A stretch of 64,000 nt of DNA. Source: Lama guanicoe (lineage: Eukaryota). The DNA lies in NCBI GenBank assembly GCA_013239625.1, contig MU053994.1, forward strand, positions 809,775-873,774, written 5' to 3'. This document shows, in pieces, positions 11,418 to 25,825 of the stretch. A program made the translations under genes and the position numbers. A model generated the notes under the pieces. The model made no database searches. It worked only from the letters and a program-made list of their open reading frames with translations, and was not told where the DNA came from. Within the stretch, counting starts at the first letter, position 1. Every line of letters starts with the position of its first letter.

Positions 11418-12169
11418 ACTGGGCTATCATCTCTCTTCTGGATTTTGCCAAACGTCCTTTACCTAGACATAATGTAACTGGCAAGGGAGAGTACTGCACA
11501 CCCATGGAAGGACAGCCCTAAGATTTGAGTTGTTTCCTCAGTTCAGTGTGGTCCCTGTGGGGCCAAGCTCCCACTGGATAGAACGACTACTGCTCACTTC
11601 CCTCTTTGGGAAAATCTCTTAGTGACTCTTTTCCACCTGCTACTATATTAAAAGACACAAAAGATATACATATACATTCAGTTAAATTTACTTCAGATTT
11701 AAGAGTGTTTTCAGATTTTGTCAGTTCTCTGGTGCTCTACTGGGGTTAAGAGTTGGATATTCTATTTTTTCCCCCTCACTCTGGGCTTGTCTTTTTAGAA
11801 GTGACACCTTAGTATGACTCAGATCACTTATTCTTTGGAAGTTAAAATGGATGAAACTTAGCAACAGCAGTGGGACATTATCACTCTAATTTCAAGGCTT
11901 TCTGTTTCTTCCATAATGACAGCTGTTCAAGCCTAATGCTCTGAGTCCACTATTGAAAGGTGCATAATAGCTTCACAGTCATTTTCACTTTAATATGGTA
12001 CTTAGTAAAACGGCTTCAGGAACCATGTGTATGAAGGGCTCCATATAAAATAATGTAACGTTGTTCTGCTCTAATTACTTCCCCTATAGATGTAATTTAC
12101 TTATGGTAGTGATTGCTAAAGTATTTTCTGCCAGTGTAAAACCAGTAGAAAGGAAAATCAGCTAAAACC

Positions 12170-12604
12170 ACTGTTTCCTAGGGCTGCCATACAAACTGCC
12201 ACAAACTTGGTGGCTTAAAAACAACACCAATCTATTCTCTCACAGTTCTGGAGGCTAGAAGCCCAAAATCAATGTGTCAGGAGGCCATGCTCCCCTTGAA
12301 GGCTGTAGGGAAGAATCCTTCCTTGCTCTATTCCTACCTCCTGGTGGCTCTCAGCAATCTTTGGCCTTCCTTGGCTTGTAGCTGCATCAATCCAATCTCC
12401 ACCTCTATCTTTACCGTCTCTGTGTATCTCTGTGTATCCTCTCCCCTTCTGATGAGAATGTCAGTCATTGGATTTAGGGCCCACCCTACCCAGTATGACC
12501 TCATCTTAACTAATCACATCTGCAAAGATGCTACTTGAAACAAGGCCTCATTCTGAGTTTCCTGGTAGATATGAATTTGGGAGACACCATTCAACCCACT
12601 ACAC
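12170..12604 (-). mobile_element. MLT1C-like MaLR LTR
   Basis: tttcctagggctgccata...ctcacagttctggaggctagaag...attcaacccactaca. Confidence 0.85.
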
Positions 12605-13039
12605 AACCACATATCCACATGCCCCTGCAGCAACATGGAAGGGTCTCAAATCATTGTCATTTGATAGCTCAAATAATGGAAGTTATAAAGGGATTTGTGG
12701 ATGAGACACAGTCCTCAAGAGGAGTGAACTATTGTCACATTGAAAGGAATGTTTTGAAAAGCTGGAATACTGTTCTTAAGATATTCATATCAATGATATT
12801 AACACCAAAGAAGGTCATCTTACTTAGGTTTCTTAGTAAAATGTTTTAAAATATTGGCATCTAGTGGGAAATATGTACCTAACTAGGTGCCAATAAATTT
12901 GTACCTAATAGGAAATATGGTATCTCTGTGAATATTTACACAGGCCACCAGGAAAGTAGCAGCATGGCAGTTGTATGTCCTTGGATAAATGGTAATGGAA
13001 GTCAGTCCTTCACAACATGAACTATGATGTATTCATAGT

Positions 13040-13280
13040 TTAGAGGCTGTTTGCCATAATGTAAAGAGCAGGGGCTTTGGAGCAGGGTTGGGCTTCAGTC
13101 CAAGTTACAGCTCATACCACATTGGCCCTGTGGTTTGGACCAGTTGCTTTTGAGTCTTAGGTTCCTCACTTATAAAATGGGGATACAAATACTTATCCCA
13201 ATCAGTTATATGAGGATAAATCAGATGGTGCTTTTAAGGGACACGCACACAGAAGAAATTCAAGTAATGTTGATTGAATA
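13040..13280 (+). mobile_element. MIR SINE
   Basis: Core ttcctcacttataaaatgggga...tgaggataaat. Confidence 0.7.
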
Positions 13281-16035
13281 AACTTATGGCCTAACGCAAT
13301 CTCTCAGGACAAGCTCTGACTCAATTCTGGCCACCTTTGTGGTCTCCTAGAAGCTTATGCTGCCCCAACACAGAAATTCCTATAGCACGTTTTGCGGAGT
13401 TCATTCTGAATGCTGTTATGCCATACCCATTTATCTCCGACGTCTTCTAAACTACAAACTAACATGTGAGTCAAAATTAACTGGCCATTATAGAGAACTT
13501 CCTGAATAAACTGCATATGGCAATTTCATTCAACATCCCTGGGCTTCTTCCAACATCAGCCCATTTGAGAGGAGGCCACCCAGGTGTGCTGAAGGTATTA
13601 TCTTGTTTCCTCATCATCCTTATATTGACGTAACTAAAATTATAATTTGGGTAGGGATATCAGACCACTAGAATATTCTCCCTCCTAGAGGGAGACAGTT
13701 AACAAATTTATTCCTTGACCAATTTACACTGGGGATAAAATCCATGTCTCCTCTAGGACCTTGACTTGCTTCCATAAAAAATAAAAATAGAAAATGCCCA
13801 TTTTTGAATGATTATAGGGTTCTCAATGGTGACATTATGAACAGCCAAAAATTCCTCCCACTGTTCTCCAGTCCGCTGTTCAACTGGTTGGCGATGTCAC
13901 TGATAACAAACTGGAATTTACGGGGCACACAGTGATTCAAGGTAGGATGGGGACAAAAGGAAGAATGCATGGCAAGACACTATGAGAACACAACTTCTGT
14001 TTGCCTTTGGCTTTTGCAACACATCCACCATGTTCCAATAGTTTAGGAACAACTCAGCTCTTTCTAAGAGCATCAGGATTGTTTCATGATTGCCCATCTC
14101 ATTAACATCCATGTTTGCTTTTAAGATCTGGCCCAGCACACTACCGGGGTTTGGGGTTTTGTTTGTTTATTTGTTTCTTTTTTTGTTTTTAGTATCTGTT
14201 TACTCAACCACATAGACTCTGCATCAGGCTTTCCTGGGGCCATGGGAGACTTTGTTTATGGTATTTATTGTTTTGTTTTGGCTTTCTGGGTGTTTTAGTT
14301 AATTTCTAAACAAGTTTTGATTTTATACCAAAGGGAAAAAATATCAAAGAATAATAGAAACTTGAGGTTTGAAAGATCTTTATGAGCTAGTTAGATCAAG
14401 CATCCTTTTTATGCCTCTTCCACACCATTCCTTCAAAATTGTTCCTGAGCTGACACGAAAATATCCAATATCAGGGCATTCTTAATATACAGAGCTATCT
14501 TGTTCCATTTTTACACAGTCTGACTTTTCTGACCAGAGTTCATACAAACTGACTGAGAGTTCTTTTTTAAATTGAGTTAAAATTGATCTTGCTATGACTC
14601 TTCTCAATGCTCTTCTGTTTTTTTTTGTATCTTCATAAAATCATGCATTTGAATATATTTGAAATTTTCAATTCATTGCAGTTATTATTCTTATTGGTGT
14701 GCAAATTGCCCCATATTTGGCCAATGCAGTCTGTCTTAGAGTTAGCTACTGGGTCATTCTGACACAACTTTATTAGTCTTTGATAACTCCCTGGCTTTTT
14801 GATATGGCAAGATGTTCCAGGCTCATATTGTACACTTCTTCACTAAGGCTGAGAATTAGCCGTTACTCTAAGAAGCCCTAGTTCATTTTCAATTACTTTC
14901 AAAATTATGTTTGGGAGAAACTTTCTCTTTTGAATGGTACGGTTTTTTTCTGGTTATTACAGACATACTCCTTTTGGTAGAAAATACTAAAAGAAATTTT
15001 AAAAACATAGCTAGAACCACCAATACTGCCATCACCCAGAAATAATCAAAGTTAACATTTTATCTCCTGAACCATCTTTCCATTTTCAGTCCTATTCCAT
15101 GCTTCTCCTTTTTCTGCCAACAGCAGGAAAAGAGATGATGGGGAAAAAATAGACCACATGTTAAACATTTAGATGAAATCAAGTTGAATAAATATTTTAA
15201 GTTGTTAATTATTTTTTCGAATCCTAATATTGGCGATTAAACATCCAGAGAAAACTGATTGGTGTGAGAAACTTTAAATTTGGGTAATTTGGATTTTGCA
15301 AAAACTGTTTTGCTACCATTATTGACACATGCCAAAGATTATCTACAAAGCTGCGGGAATCCACCAGAAAGCAAAGAGAACTCTAATATTCAACTGGAAT
15401 GAAAAGAGCAAAATGAAAAGTCATTACAGAGCCAGAGAGTATTTTTAACTTGTCAAGTTTTCATTTCTAAAACACATAACACAGCTCTTACAATGTTTAA
15501 AGCTGGGATGTTAAATTGATGGAGAGCTATAGAAAGCCCAGATTACTGTTAATGGGCCTGTAAGTCCAGTCTGAGTTACAGGTTTGTCATTGTTTCCAGT
15601 GAAAAGATTTTTCTTTAAAAGATCTTTAGTAGACTGGAAGAAGAAAAATACGAACAGTGATTTCTCTATGATTTATAGCAACTTTAAACATAAAGCAGAA
15701 AGCAACATCATTGACAAAATAATATTCGTTGTCTATTTAAAGGCCTTTAATATCTTTGTTTCTCCAAGTGATTCCAATGTGAAAACAGCTTGGGAGTTGC
15801 TCCTTTCCCCCCATGTCGTTGAGTCCATTTCACCTGCAGTTTCTGTGGCTGAAGGACTGAAGTGACATTTTCTATTAAGCTTTGTCATACTCTCTTTTGC
15901 CCATAGATGCATTAATGTCCAAGAGGCTTTTTCTGCCTATAGGAATATTCTGTATTCTTTGTACTTAGTTTATAGTCCAATATATTAATCTTACGAATTT
16001 AGCATTTCTATAAACGTAAAAGATTAAACATTCCT

Positions 16036-16213
16036 CAGTGGTTCTCAAAGTGTGATCCTCAAACCAGCAGCATAAGCAGTTCCCGGAGCTTGGTAGAAAT
16101 GCCGATTCTTTTGGGCCCCAACCCAGACCTACTGGGATCAGAAACATAACTGGCTGTGTTCTAATAAGCCCTCCTGGTGATTCTGATGCATGTTCAAGTT
16201 TCAGAACGATTGC
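16036..16213. mobile_element. MER5A hAT MITE
   Basis: cagtggttctcaaagtgtg...aagtttcagaacgattg termini. Confidence 0.85.
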
Positions 16214-16736
16214 TTTAAACATTCACATACTACTTATACAACCACTAAATCAAATACATATTAAATGAACAAAACAAGTGTCCTCAACCATCTAAATATT
16301 GATTGCAACTTAATCAAATGCCTTAAAACATTTATTTTAATCATAAGCCTAGCATTTCAGATTTCCTTGAATGCTCTAAATATTTTAAAAAGGAAAATAT
16401 ACACATAAAACACAACATTGATTACAGAGCTGATAAATATTTTAACAACAAAACTGAGCACAATGCTATTAATATCATAGATTTGATTTTGTTTACATTC
16501 TTACCCCTACTTTTTATTCTTATTTTTATATGGTCCTGGAATTTAAATGTATGTGTGTAATTTTACTAGACTGGAAAGAAAAAAAAATCATCTCAAGAAG
16601 CTAGTAATGCAGTTTAAGTGGATTGCTGACCAGTTAGTTTTGGTTGGGTTATAGGAAATGGTTGCTAAGTTCAAGATGAATTAAATTGCAGCTTCTGGCC
16701 GCTAGGGTTGAATATGTTTTTATCACCTAGTTTTAG

Positions 16737-16970
16737 ATTTTTTTATTGAAGTATAGTTAATTTACAATGTTGTGTTAGTTTCTGGTGTACAGCATAGCGA
16801 TTCAGTCATATGTGTGTGTGTGTGTGTATATATTTTCTTCTTCATTATAGGTTATTACAAAATATTGAATATACTTCCCTGTGCTGTATATACAGTAGGA
16901 CCTTGTTATTTACCTATTCTGTATATAGTAGTTTGTATCTAATAATCCCAAATTCCCAATTTCTCCCTCA
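16737..16970 (-). mobile_element. 5'-truncated L1 3' end with (TG)n
   Basis: Similar to 3479-3766. Confidence 0.9.
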
Positions 16971-16989
16971 CTTTTTATCATGGGTTCTG

Positions 16990-17434
16990 ATATTCATTTC
17001 CTATTGCTGCTTTTTAAACAAATTACCAGAAATTTAGCAACTCAAAACAACACAAATTTATTATCTTACATTCTGCAGGTCAGAGGTCTAAAATGAGTCC
17101 ACGGGGCTGTGTTCCTTCTGGAGGCTCCAGGGAAGAATCCAATTCCTTGGCCTTTCCTGCCTGCAGAGGCTGCCTATATCCTTTGGCACATGATTCCCTT
17201 CCTCCCTTTCAAAGCCAGCAACTTAGCTAGCATCTTCTTTCATTTCTGACTTCCTGCTTCTTTCTTATAAGGACCCTTGTCATTATATTGGACCCATCCA
17301 GGATAATCTGCCCATCTCAAGACCCTTAACTGAATCACATCTGCAAAACTTCCTTTGCCATGTAAGGTAACATATTCACAGTTCTGGGTCTTAGGACATG
17401 AACATCTTTTGGGGAGCATTATTCTGTCTGCCAT
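16990..17434 (-). mobile_element. MLT1D-like MaLR LTR
   Basis: aaattaccagaaatttagc...atcacatctgcaaaacttcctttgccatgtaaggtaacatattcacag. Confidence 0.85.
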
Positions 17435-17564
17435 AGGATCCTTATTCTGTTTTTCATATCAATTCTGATTTTTTAAAGAAATTAAAAGATGGGATATTCT
17501 TTAATTTTTATTTGTTTTCAATCTCTGGCAATATATGAGTCATTGTGATATTTTTATGATATAT

Positions 17565-17727
17565 ATTTTTAAATTAATTTTTTCTTTTTTTCATTTTTTT
17601 TCTTAATGGGGGGGTAATTTTAGGTTTACTTGTTCATTTTTTTTTAAACGGAGGTACTGGGAATTGAACCCAGGACCTTGTGCATGCTAGGCATGCATTC
17701 CACCACTGGGCTATATAACCTCCTCAC
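17565..17727 (-). mobile_element. tRNA-derived SINE (Vic-1-like)
   Basis: 16-bp TSD tatttttatgatatat at 17549-17564 and 17728-17743. Confidence 0.9.
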
Positions 17728-18651
17728 TATTTTTATGATATATTTACCTGGCCTGGTTTCAATATTTTAAAATATATGCCTTTCTGATTGGCATTGTTTT
17801 ATAGTTAGTTGGGTCACCAAGAAGTTTCATTCCTAGAGAGACAGGAAAGTGAGTTTGAAAATTTAGATTTCTCCGTCAGGACAGTTAACTAAGTTTTTAG
17901 TTTGGAATAAACGGTTGTATCATCTTTTTAATTGGAAACTGTATATGGCAACGGGTGCTAGTTAACTGCAAGACTAGTCTTCTACCTCATATAAGACCAC
18001 AAATGCTAATGGGCTTGTCCATTTATGTTACAGATTTGACTATTTCTAGGACTGTTTGGCTTATAAGTTGTGTTATTTATGGTTTACACACATGAAAAAT
18101 GGCACATATCTATACTTTATGAACAGAAATATACTTAACAAAACCCCATGAAATACCTATCCATATCTATACAGTTATATATAAGCACTTTCCTACTTAC
18201 TTAAGTAAATAAATTTAAATGTATGTGATAATAGTCATCCTTCTTTGATATTACAATCATATTTTTGTACATTTTCTTTATATTAGCTCTTATGAGCATC
18301 ATGGCCTTTTATACATGCAACTTGTTTTGCCTAATGATTTTTACTGTAAATGATCACAACTTGACAAATGTTTAAGTTGGTTCTTTTTCCTTTTAGCACT
18401 GCCTCTGCTATTTTTAAAATCATTTTGCTTCCTGGCAACAACAGTATTACAGATCTATACTGATTTTATCTCAAGGACATGGAATTAACTGTTCTCTAAT
18501 AGTTTCTGGTTCCCTTTTTATGTACAGAACAATATTAAGACCAAAATTTGGGCACTAGTGATGCTTAACAAGTGTTGAAGGGAGAAAAGATTATAGCTAC
18601 TGCTGTTGCCATGCGACCACTCCTGGTAGTGACTGAGCTAAAAGGAAAACA

Positions 18652-18840
18652 CGGTTGACCTTTGAACAGCACAGGGCTTAATCCACATATGCACAGTCTG
18701 CCCTCAGTAGCTGCCATTCCTCAGCATCCATGGATTCACCTAGCCATGGACCATGTAGTAGTGTAGTGTTTACCACTGAAAAATATCCATGTATAAGTGG
18801 ACCTGTGCAGTTCAAACCTATGCTGTTCAAGGGTCAACTG
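18652..18840. mobile_element. Tigger2a-like MITE
   Basis: TIRs cggttgacctttgaacagca and tgctgttcaagggtcaactg, followed by TA. Confidence 0.85.
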
Positions 18841-19027
18841 TACTTCTGTTATAAGTGTATAAGATCTTGTTCTTTCCAGTATAACATATCATGTTGTTAT
18901 CCCTTATTTTTCTCATAGTACGAGATTTCAGCAACTAAGACTTTCCTCCTCTACACTGATCCATTGTTCTACCCAGCAGCAGAGTATCCCATGCTTCTCC
19001 CACCGCCTCACTCAGTCTGTTTTCTAG

Positions 19028-19201
19028 GACAATGGTTCTCAGCTTTGTCTTCATACTGAAATAACTTGAGGAGCTTTGAAAATATCGATGTGAGCCCCCA
19101 GCAGAGCTTCTGATTTAGACTTCCAAAGGGCAGAATATGGCATCAGAATTTTTACAGCTCCATAGGTGATACTAATGCATAGCCATGGTCGAGAACCTCT
19201 G
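19028..19201. mobile_element. MER5-like MITE
   Basis: caatggttctc...gagaacctctg termini. Confidence 0.7.
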
Positions 19202-20069
19202 TTCTAGGAGGTGTTGGGCAACCTCAAAAGGCAGACCAGTCACTATTACATGGGAGTATACCACAGAGGGTCCAGGGATACCAACTCCACATGATAAACA
19301 AGGCAAGTAAATGCGTGCTTGCCTTTTGGTTGCTTCCGGAGCTCTTGGGATTTTTCAAGGGAGGGAACCACAACTGCTCTTTCTCAATATTCTTGAAAAA
19401 CTCAAGTATATAGGGCATTGACTCCTCCAGTTGCTCTCCTAGCATCTCCTTGTTTCAGCCTCATCTTTCTTCATCCTTTCTCAACCTTGGTCTAATTACT
19501 TCAAGGTTTTCAAAGGCCTTGGTTTTCTCATTTTTGAGGTTAAGATAACATTTACATGTGATACACACTAAATCTAGCAAAACTCAACAACACATTGTAA
19601 AGTTCATGAAAGTCATAAGAGGTTGGCAGCCTATAGTCCTAGCTCCCTAAAATGATTTGAGAGGCTACAACAGAAGTCAGATCTGTTTTTCTGACTGAGA
19701 TTCCAGAAGGTCAACTACAGTGGCTAACCCAGATTTTTTAAATCCTATCTCTACACACTGTAGGAAGTGATATATATTTTAAAAAGTCCTTTGGGGTCAA
19801 ACACTCCTCAACCTCCCACTCTCATAGAATTTTAAGTGTCATAAAATTAATCAATTCTTCTGAAATAGGGAATTGATAATTGATTATAATTATAGACCCT
19901 ATTGGGATATCTACCTCCATTTAAGTAACTTTCCCATGGTAGAGTTAAAAGCCTGCATTCTATAGTATGAAACATCAGCATATCTGTACTGGGAAGGGAA
20001 TTTGTATTGTGCTTTTGAAAAAAGGGGAGAAGATTTAAAATTCTTCTACTGTAATAGCCTGTCTTAGGA

Positions 20070-20220
20070 CAGTGGTTCTGAAACTTTTGAAAGTTCTCTG
20101 AGTTACTTGGGAAACTTGGTAAAAGTACAAAGACCCAGGGTCTATCCTATTTCAGGAGCTTGGACTTGTTTATTAGCCTTCACTTAGTTCTGATACACAC
20201 CCAAGTTTGGGACCCATTCC
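20070..20220. mobile_element. MER5-like MITE
   Basis: cagtggttctgaaactt...aagtttgggacccatt. Confidence 0.6.
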
Positions 20221-20561
20221 CTTAGGGTATCAGATAGGGCTGGGTAGCTGGTTACTCTAAAGAAGACGGCCTTAATTTTTCTTTGTATATCTTTTTTTTG
20301 GTATTGTTCCTTTTAACTTTACCAACTGCCACATATCAATGATAATTCATCATCACAACTGGTAGGCCTACAATTGGTTTCTTATCTCTGTAAAAATGCT
20401 AAAATCAGTAGTCACTGGCTAAGACATCAGTGGAACAACATCTGGCTTCTTTACTGACTACGTGTTTATTATTAGTTTTTCAGTCTGTCATGTTGATAGG
20501 TAGTTGTAACATAATAAAAGTTCCAATTTATTAGCATTTCTTATCACTATTTAAGATCCTA

Positions 20562-20646
20562 ATATATGTATGTGTATGTATGACTGGGACTTTGTGCTGT
20601 ACACCAGAAAATGACACATTGTAACTGACTGTACTTCAATTAAAAA
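20562..20646 (+). mobile_element. 85-bp L1 3'-terminal stub
   Basis: Ends gtacttcaattaaaa; TSD aagatccta at 20553-20561 and 20647-20655. Confidence 0.88.
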
Positions 20647-20682
20647 AAGATCCTATATTAAAGAAGGAATTATTGATCATAA

Positions 20683-20910
<228 letters not shown>

Positions 20911-22762
20911 TAAATAATCCCTAACTAGCTCTACATGGAAGCATTAAATCATGGTATTGATGTTTTGTTTTCAAATATCATCTTGGCAAAGAATTATAGC
21001 ATATGTGTGCATCTAGATATCCAGCAAAGACAGGGCATTGTGAAAAACAGATTATAAGATAATTCTATTCTCAAACCTTTTTCCAACCATTTTTAACCCC
21101 TCTCTCATCCCCTGTTCTTTCAATCACTTTGCTTTTTGGTGCCATATTTAACATGGTGGATGAACAGGGAATGTTGGAGCACAGAAAATCAAAAATCTTT
21201 ATGTAATCCCACATACATCAGGCTCTGTGGCTTGGGAGTGAAGATTAGTGGAGAGTGCTCTGAATATTCAAAATGGTCAATGATTAAACCACTTTCTGAC
21301 AAGGAGGCCATTTTCTATCATTTTAATAAACTGTTTAAGACTGGAGTTAAAAGCATGCAGAATTTATAGAATTGAGGCTCAAACTTAGCCACGGCCCTTC
21401 AACTTAAGAACGTTAATAACTTTGAAAGATTCGTCCCATTTGGTTTACCACAGCCAATCTACATAGTCTTGCCACTGGGAATTCTGACAACCATACCTTC
21501 TGTGTCTATGGACTATTCTGGGGAGACAGGACAAACTGGACAGGTCCATCTTCCTCCTCATTTGAATAAGCTACACACGTGCAAATGTGAAGTTAAACTC
21601 AAAAGTAAACTCTTTGGTAATGAAGATAAGATTAATGCGGAGAGGGTGATATAGCAATGTTAGATACCAAGTGACTGTTTGTAGGTGTGGCTTTACATAT
21701 ACGCCAGATTATGTAATGCTTCCCCCTGGGGCTTCATCAGTACTATATTAATACATTCACTGATGGACAGTGAAATGTTCTATTCATCATATTGTCCCCT
21801 GCAGGACCTGGTACCATGCATTCATAAAGGAGATACTCAAAGTAGGAGTTGAATGAATAAATAGCACCTTATTAAGAGCATGGAGTCGAAATCAGATGGA
21901 CCTGGATTTAAATCCTAGCTTTGCCACCCAGTAGTTCTATGATCTCCAAATTAGTTAGCCTTTCTCTTTAAAAAAATCTTATCTTTATAACTATATAAAT
22001 GTATAAAATATATGAAACCTATAGACACTTGAAGAAAAGTAAAACACCCATGTGCCCATTATACAGTTTTGCCAAATATTACTTTAGAATTTTTTGTTTT
22101 TAAAGAAAATATTACAGATGGGGTTGAAGTCCACTGTGTAACTCTCCCTGATCCCATTTCCTCCAACCCCACAAAGAAATTTTTATCCTGGTGTTTGTAG
22201 TTATAATTTCCAAGCATGCATTTATACTTTAACTGCACATATCAATACCCATAAACAACCAAGAGTATTAACGGGCATGTTTTTCAACTTTATATAAATG
22301 GGAACATACTCAACTACCATGCTACACTGTTCTAGGTGCGTTGTATTTCTCCTTTTCTATACCAACAAGTGTAAGCTTCGTAAAGGCAGTAATTTTTGTC
22401 TTCTTTGTTCATTGTAACATTTCTAGGGCTAAGAACAGTGTCTGGACATTGATGGGTCTCAATTTGTTGAATGAAATAATAAATACAACAAAGGTTCAGA
22501 TTTGAAATATATGAAAATATGAGTCTCTATATGAGCTCATATGATGTCTTGGCTTAAGATATTTGGACAATTTGCTATTTTTTTGTGATTGTACCTTCAT
22601 GTTATCAAAATGCCCTGTATAATGCAAAAAAAGTAGTTTATTCATTCCAACAAAGCCTTTAAAATTGAGATGAAGACTGTTTCCTTTATTTTCCTTATTT
22701 ATTGTTCTTAATAACCATTCCTAATAATTGTTTCACATAATTGAATTTCCTCTCAGATGTAA

Positions 22763-22945
<183 letters not shown>

Positions 22946-24140
22946 TAAATTATTCCTAGACATAATTACCTAGTGAAAAACAAACCTCTCTTTTATTCAA
23001 GGAGAGCACAGGTGAGCCCAGAAAATTTAAGTTATATTACTAGCCCTACTATTGTAGCTCTCTGGACTCTTGAGTGCCCAATTTCAGATCTCTACAATAA
23101 GAGATAGTCTTGGCTGATGTCTTTCATCCTGTGAGTCTGTGTTAAAAGCACATCTGAATTATCCCTTTGGATGCCCTGAAACCAGCCATTATGATAACTG
23201 GCATTCCTGTGCATTGCTATCACAAAGGTATAAGAAAGTAATGAAATCTAGACAGTGCTCCAAGGCATGGGGAGGATGCTGTCATTTTTCGAATACTACA
23301 ATTCGGTAAAAAAAAAAATCAATCTAGTCTGAAGGACAAAGTGATGGCGTCTACACCAGCTTGATATTTCAGAATTCAAATTCAAGGGCGCTTTTAAATC
23401 TGAGTTCTGGCTGTGAAGTTGACCTCATGTACTTCCTACCTATCAGCCTCCCACAGAATGTATGGAAAATGTGGCTTCTTTTATAGGTCCAGAGTAACCC
23501 TTTTGATACACAAGAAACTAGTAATAATTGTCTCTGAGAAGTGGAACTGGGAGGTTCAAGGATAGAGGTAGGAGGGAGACTTTGTTTCCACAGCAAATCT
23601 TTTTATATGGTTTGATTTTTTTAACATGTAAATATTCTGCCAACACAAAAACATAAATTCATAAATAAATACACCCAAAGGAAAAAGTGCAGATCCCCTT
23701 AGGAGAAGCTCTATGTTAAGATACTCCCAGCTTCATACAGAATAAATAGGCCTTTTAGGGGATAAAAACTAATCCTGTAAGAGTTTCATACACAAACCAG
23801 CCCTAAAGGATCCCCACAGAACCTTTTATATACCCCATCTCTACTGAATTCTTTGCACCATTGTGTTTCTCATTACATATAATTTCCTATCAGGAGTCTT
23901 TTGAAGGGAAAACTCCCCTAAAGAGAAACCATTTCAGAAATGAAGTAAGAGAATTGACCTTCTCATTAAGAGATGACGATTCAAAATATTGTGCACCCGG
24001 GTATTTCTGACCAAGCATGTGTTTGCTGTTGTCTCAGTAGTCACTGCTGTGGGTTCACTTCGATGAGCTAAGACATTCAGAGCTGACTATGCGAGGCCTA
24101 AAAATCCCCCACCCCTGCTTCTGCTTCTTGAGTTTAAGAT

Positions 24141-24224
24141 GGACTGAGGGATTTCTGGGGATATGGGACTATCAGTGCTAAAAACCAGGAGGGTCACAGG
24201 CGAACCAGGGTGATTTGGTCACCC
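24141..24224. mobile_element. MER81-like hAT (Blackjack) MITE fragment
   Basis: ggactgaggg...cagtgctaaaaaccagg...ttggtcaccc. Confidence 0.7.
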
Positions 24225-24658
24225 AAGCGCCATGTCAGGCGCAGTCCCACAGCAGGGGGCTTCAGCCTGATCCGACCAGTGAGTTCTGGCATGTAGGTTA
24301 TGACCCAGAGTCTTCCCAACCTGGGACAAGGAAGGTAGGCTCTTATCCTTGGAAGCGGTCATTGGTCAAGGGCAGGGTGGGGAGGTGGGGTGGTGAATCC
24401 CCTGGCACTTTTGGCAGGAAAAGCAGCCGGCTAGCCAGAGGCCAATTGCTGAAGAAGAACTATGAGTGGTAGGTGTTCCAAGTGCACTGAAATTGGGAGA
24501 GGGAGTGAAAGCTGTAAAATGGGGTCCTCTGACGGCATCTGGGTGGAGCACCAACGTTGTCTGCTGCATCCCGCCAAAGCCAAATAAAACCAACAAAACC
24601 AAACCAAATGCTTTTCCCTAGTATTCTTGCCAAACCAGTTTCAGTCAGCACACCCTGC

Positions 24659-25092
24659 TGCCTTAGTTTCCCAGGACTGCCATAACAAATGACCACAAAC
24701 TGGGTGGCTCCAAACAACAGAAATGTATTCTCTCAGCTCTGGAGACTAGAAGTCCAAAGTCAAAGTGTTGGCAGGGCCATACTCCTTCCAAAACCTCGAG
24801 GGGAGGATCCTTCCTTGTCTCTCCCCACTTCTGGCAGCCCCAGGCCTTCCTTGGCTTGTGGCTGCATCACTCCAATCTCTGCCTCCATCTTCCTCCTTTT
24901 ATGCTCGTGTTTCTCTGTCCAGTGTTCCTCTTCTTACAAGGATAGCAGACATATTAAATTCAGGCCAACCCAAATCCAGTATGACCTCCTTTTAACCAAT
25001 TACATCTGCAAAGACCCTATTTCTAAAAAACACCATATTCTGGGGTTCTGCTTGGGAATGAATTTTTGGAGGACACACTTCTACCTAATACA
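24659..25092 (-). mobile_element. MLT1C-like MaLR LTR
   Basis: Colinear with 12170-12604. Confidence 0.85.
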
Positions 25093-25124
25093 CTTGCCAG
25101 AGGAGAAATGTCAGGCATAGGCAG

Positions 25125-25164
25125 CAGCATATGTTAGAAGTCACCAGCATATGTTAGAAGTCAC
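25125..25164. repeat. Perfect 20-bp tandem duplication
   Basis: cagcatatgttagaagtcac twice. Confidence 0.95.
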
Positions 25165-25737
25165 CCTATCATAGTAATAAGGGGACTGAGTTTGGGGACT
25201 GAGAAAGTTAACTCTTACAACAGATAATTCTATTTCATTCAGCATGAACTGAAATAAAGGGCCAGATCTGACATGTGTATAAGGCGGTTCTTCTTCATTT
25301 TATGGGAAGACTTAGCACACGCTCACTACAAATCTAGTTTGGAGAAAGGCTCTATATTAATGCAAACTATTACTGCATTTAGTTTTTACAGATAAAACAT
25401 ACATTAACAATAATTGTTCCCTGCTATAAGGTGTTTTTGGAAAGGCTTTATTCTGTTGGAGAAATATATGGTTTCAACATTTTATTGCATGTCAAAGATG
25501 TTTTATTAACGTCAAAGGAAAAATTCCAATATTATAGAGTAATTTCAGTGCTGTTCTTATGCAGAAACTCATTTAAATGATAAAGAGTACTAAAACCTGG
25601 TTAAATCTTGGTGGGAGGGAGTACGAGTTTTAAAAAGTCTTCTGGAAAATCTGAAGTGCATAAGTTGTTCCATCAATTTATAAATAGACCTATTTCCTTT
25701 AAAGATAAAGCAAGACTTGTAAATTTAAGAAGCAGTT

Positions 25738-25825
25738 GTGGGGGAATAGTTCAGTGGTACACCTCATGCTTAGCATGCACAAGGTCCTGGGTTCAATCCC
25801 CAGCACCTCCATTAAAAAAAAAAAA
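25738..25825 (+). mobile_element. tRNA-derived SINE (Vic-1-like, short form)
   Basis: tagttcagtggt A-box, ggttcaatcccc B-box, poly(A). Confidence 0.9.

Noticed and set aside
13818..13941. Possible cassette exon (tag|...AAG|gtagga) in intron 4
   Set aside because: Poor pyrimidine tract, 124-nt frameshifting length and no recognisable homology.
24689..25120. 143-aa ORF similar to the ORF at 12272-12538
   Set aside because: Both lie in MLT1C-like LTRs; the similarity is repeat-derived.
25738..25810. tRNA gene
   Set aside because: It has A/B boxes but is followed by poly(A) and has three related TSD-flanked copies in the window, so it is a SINE.
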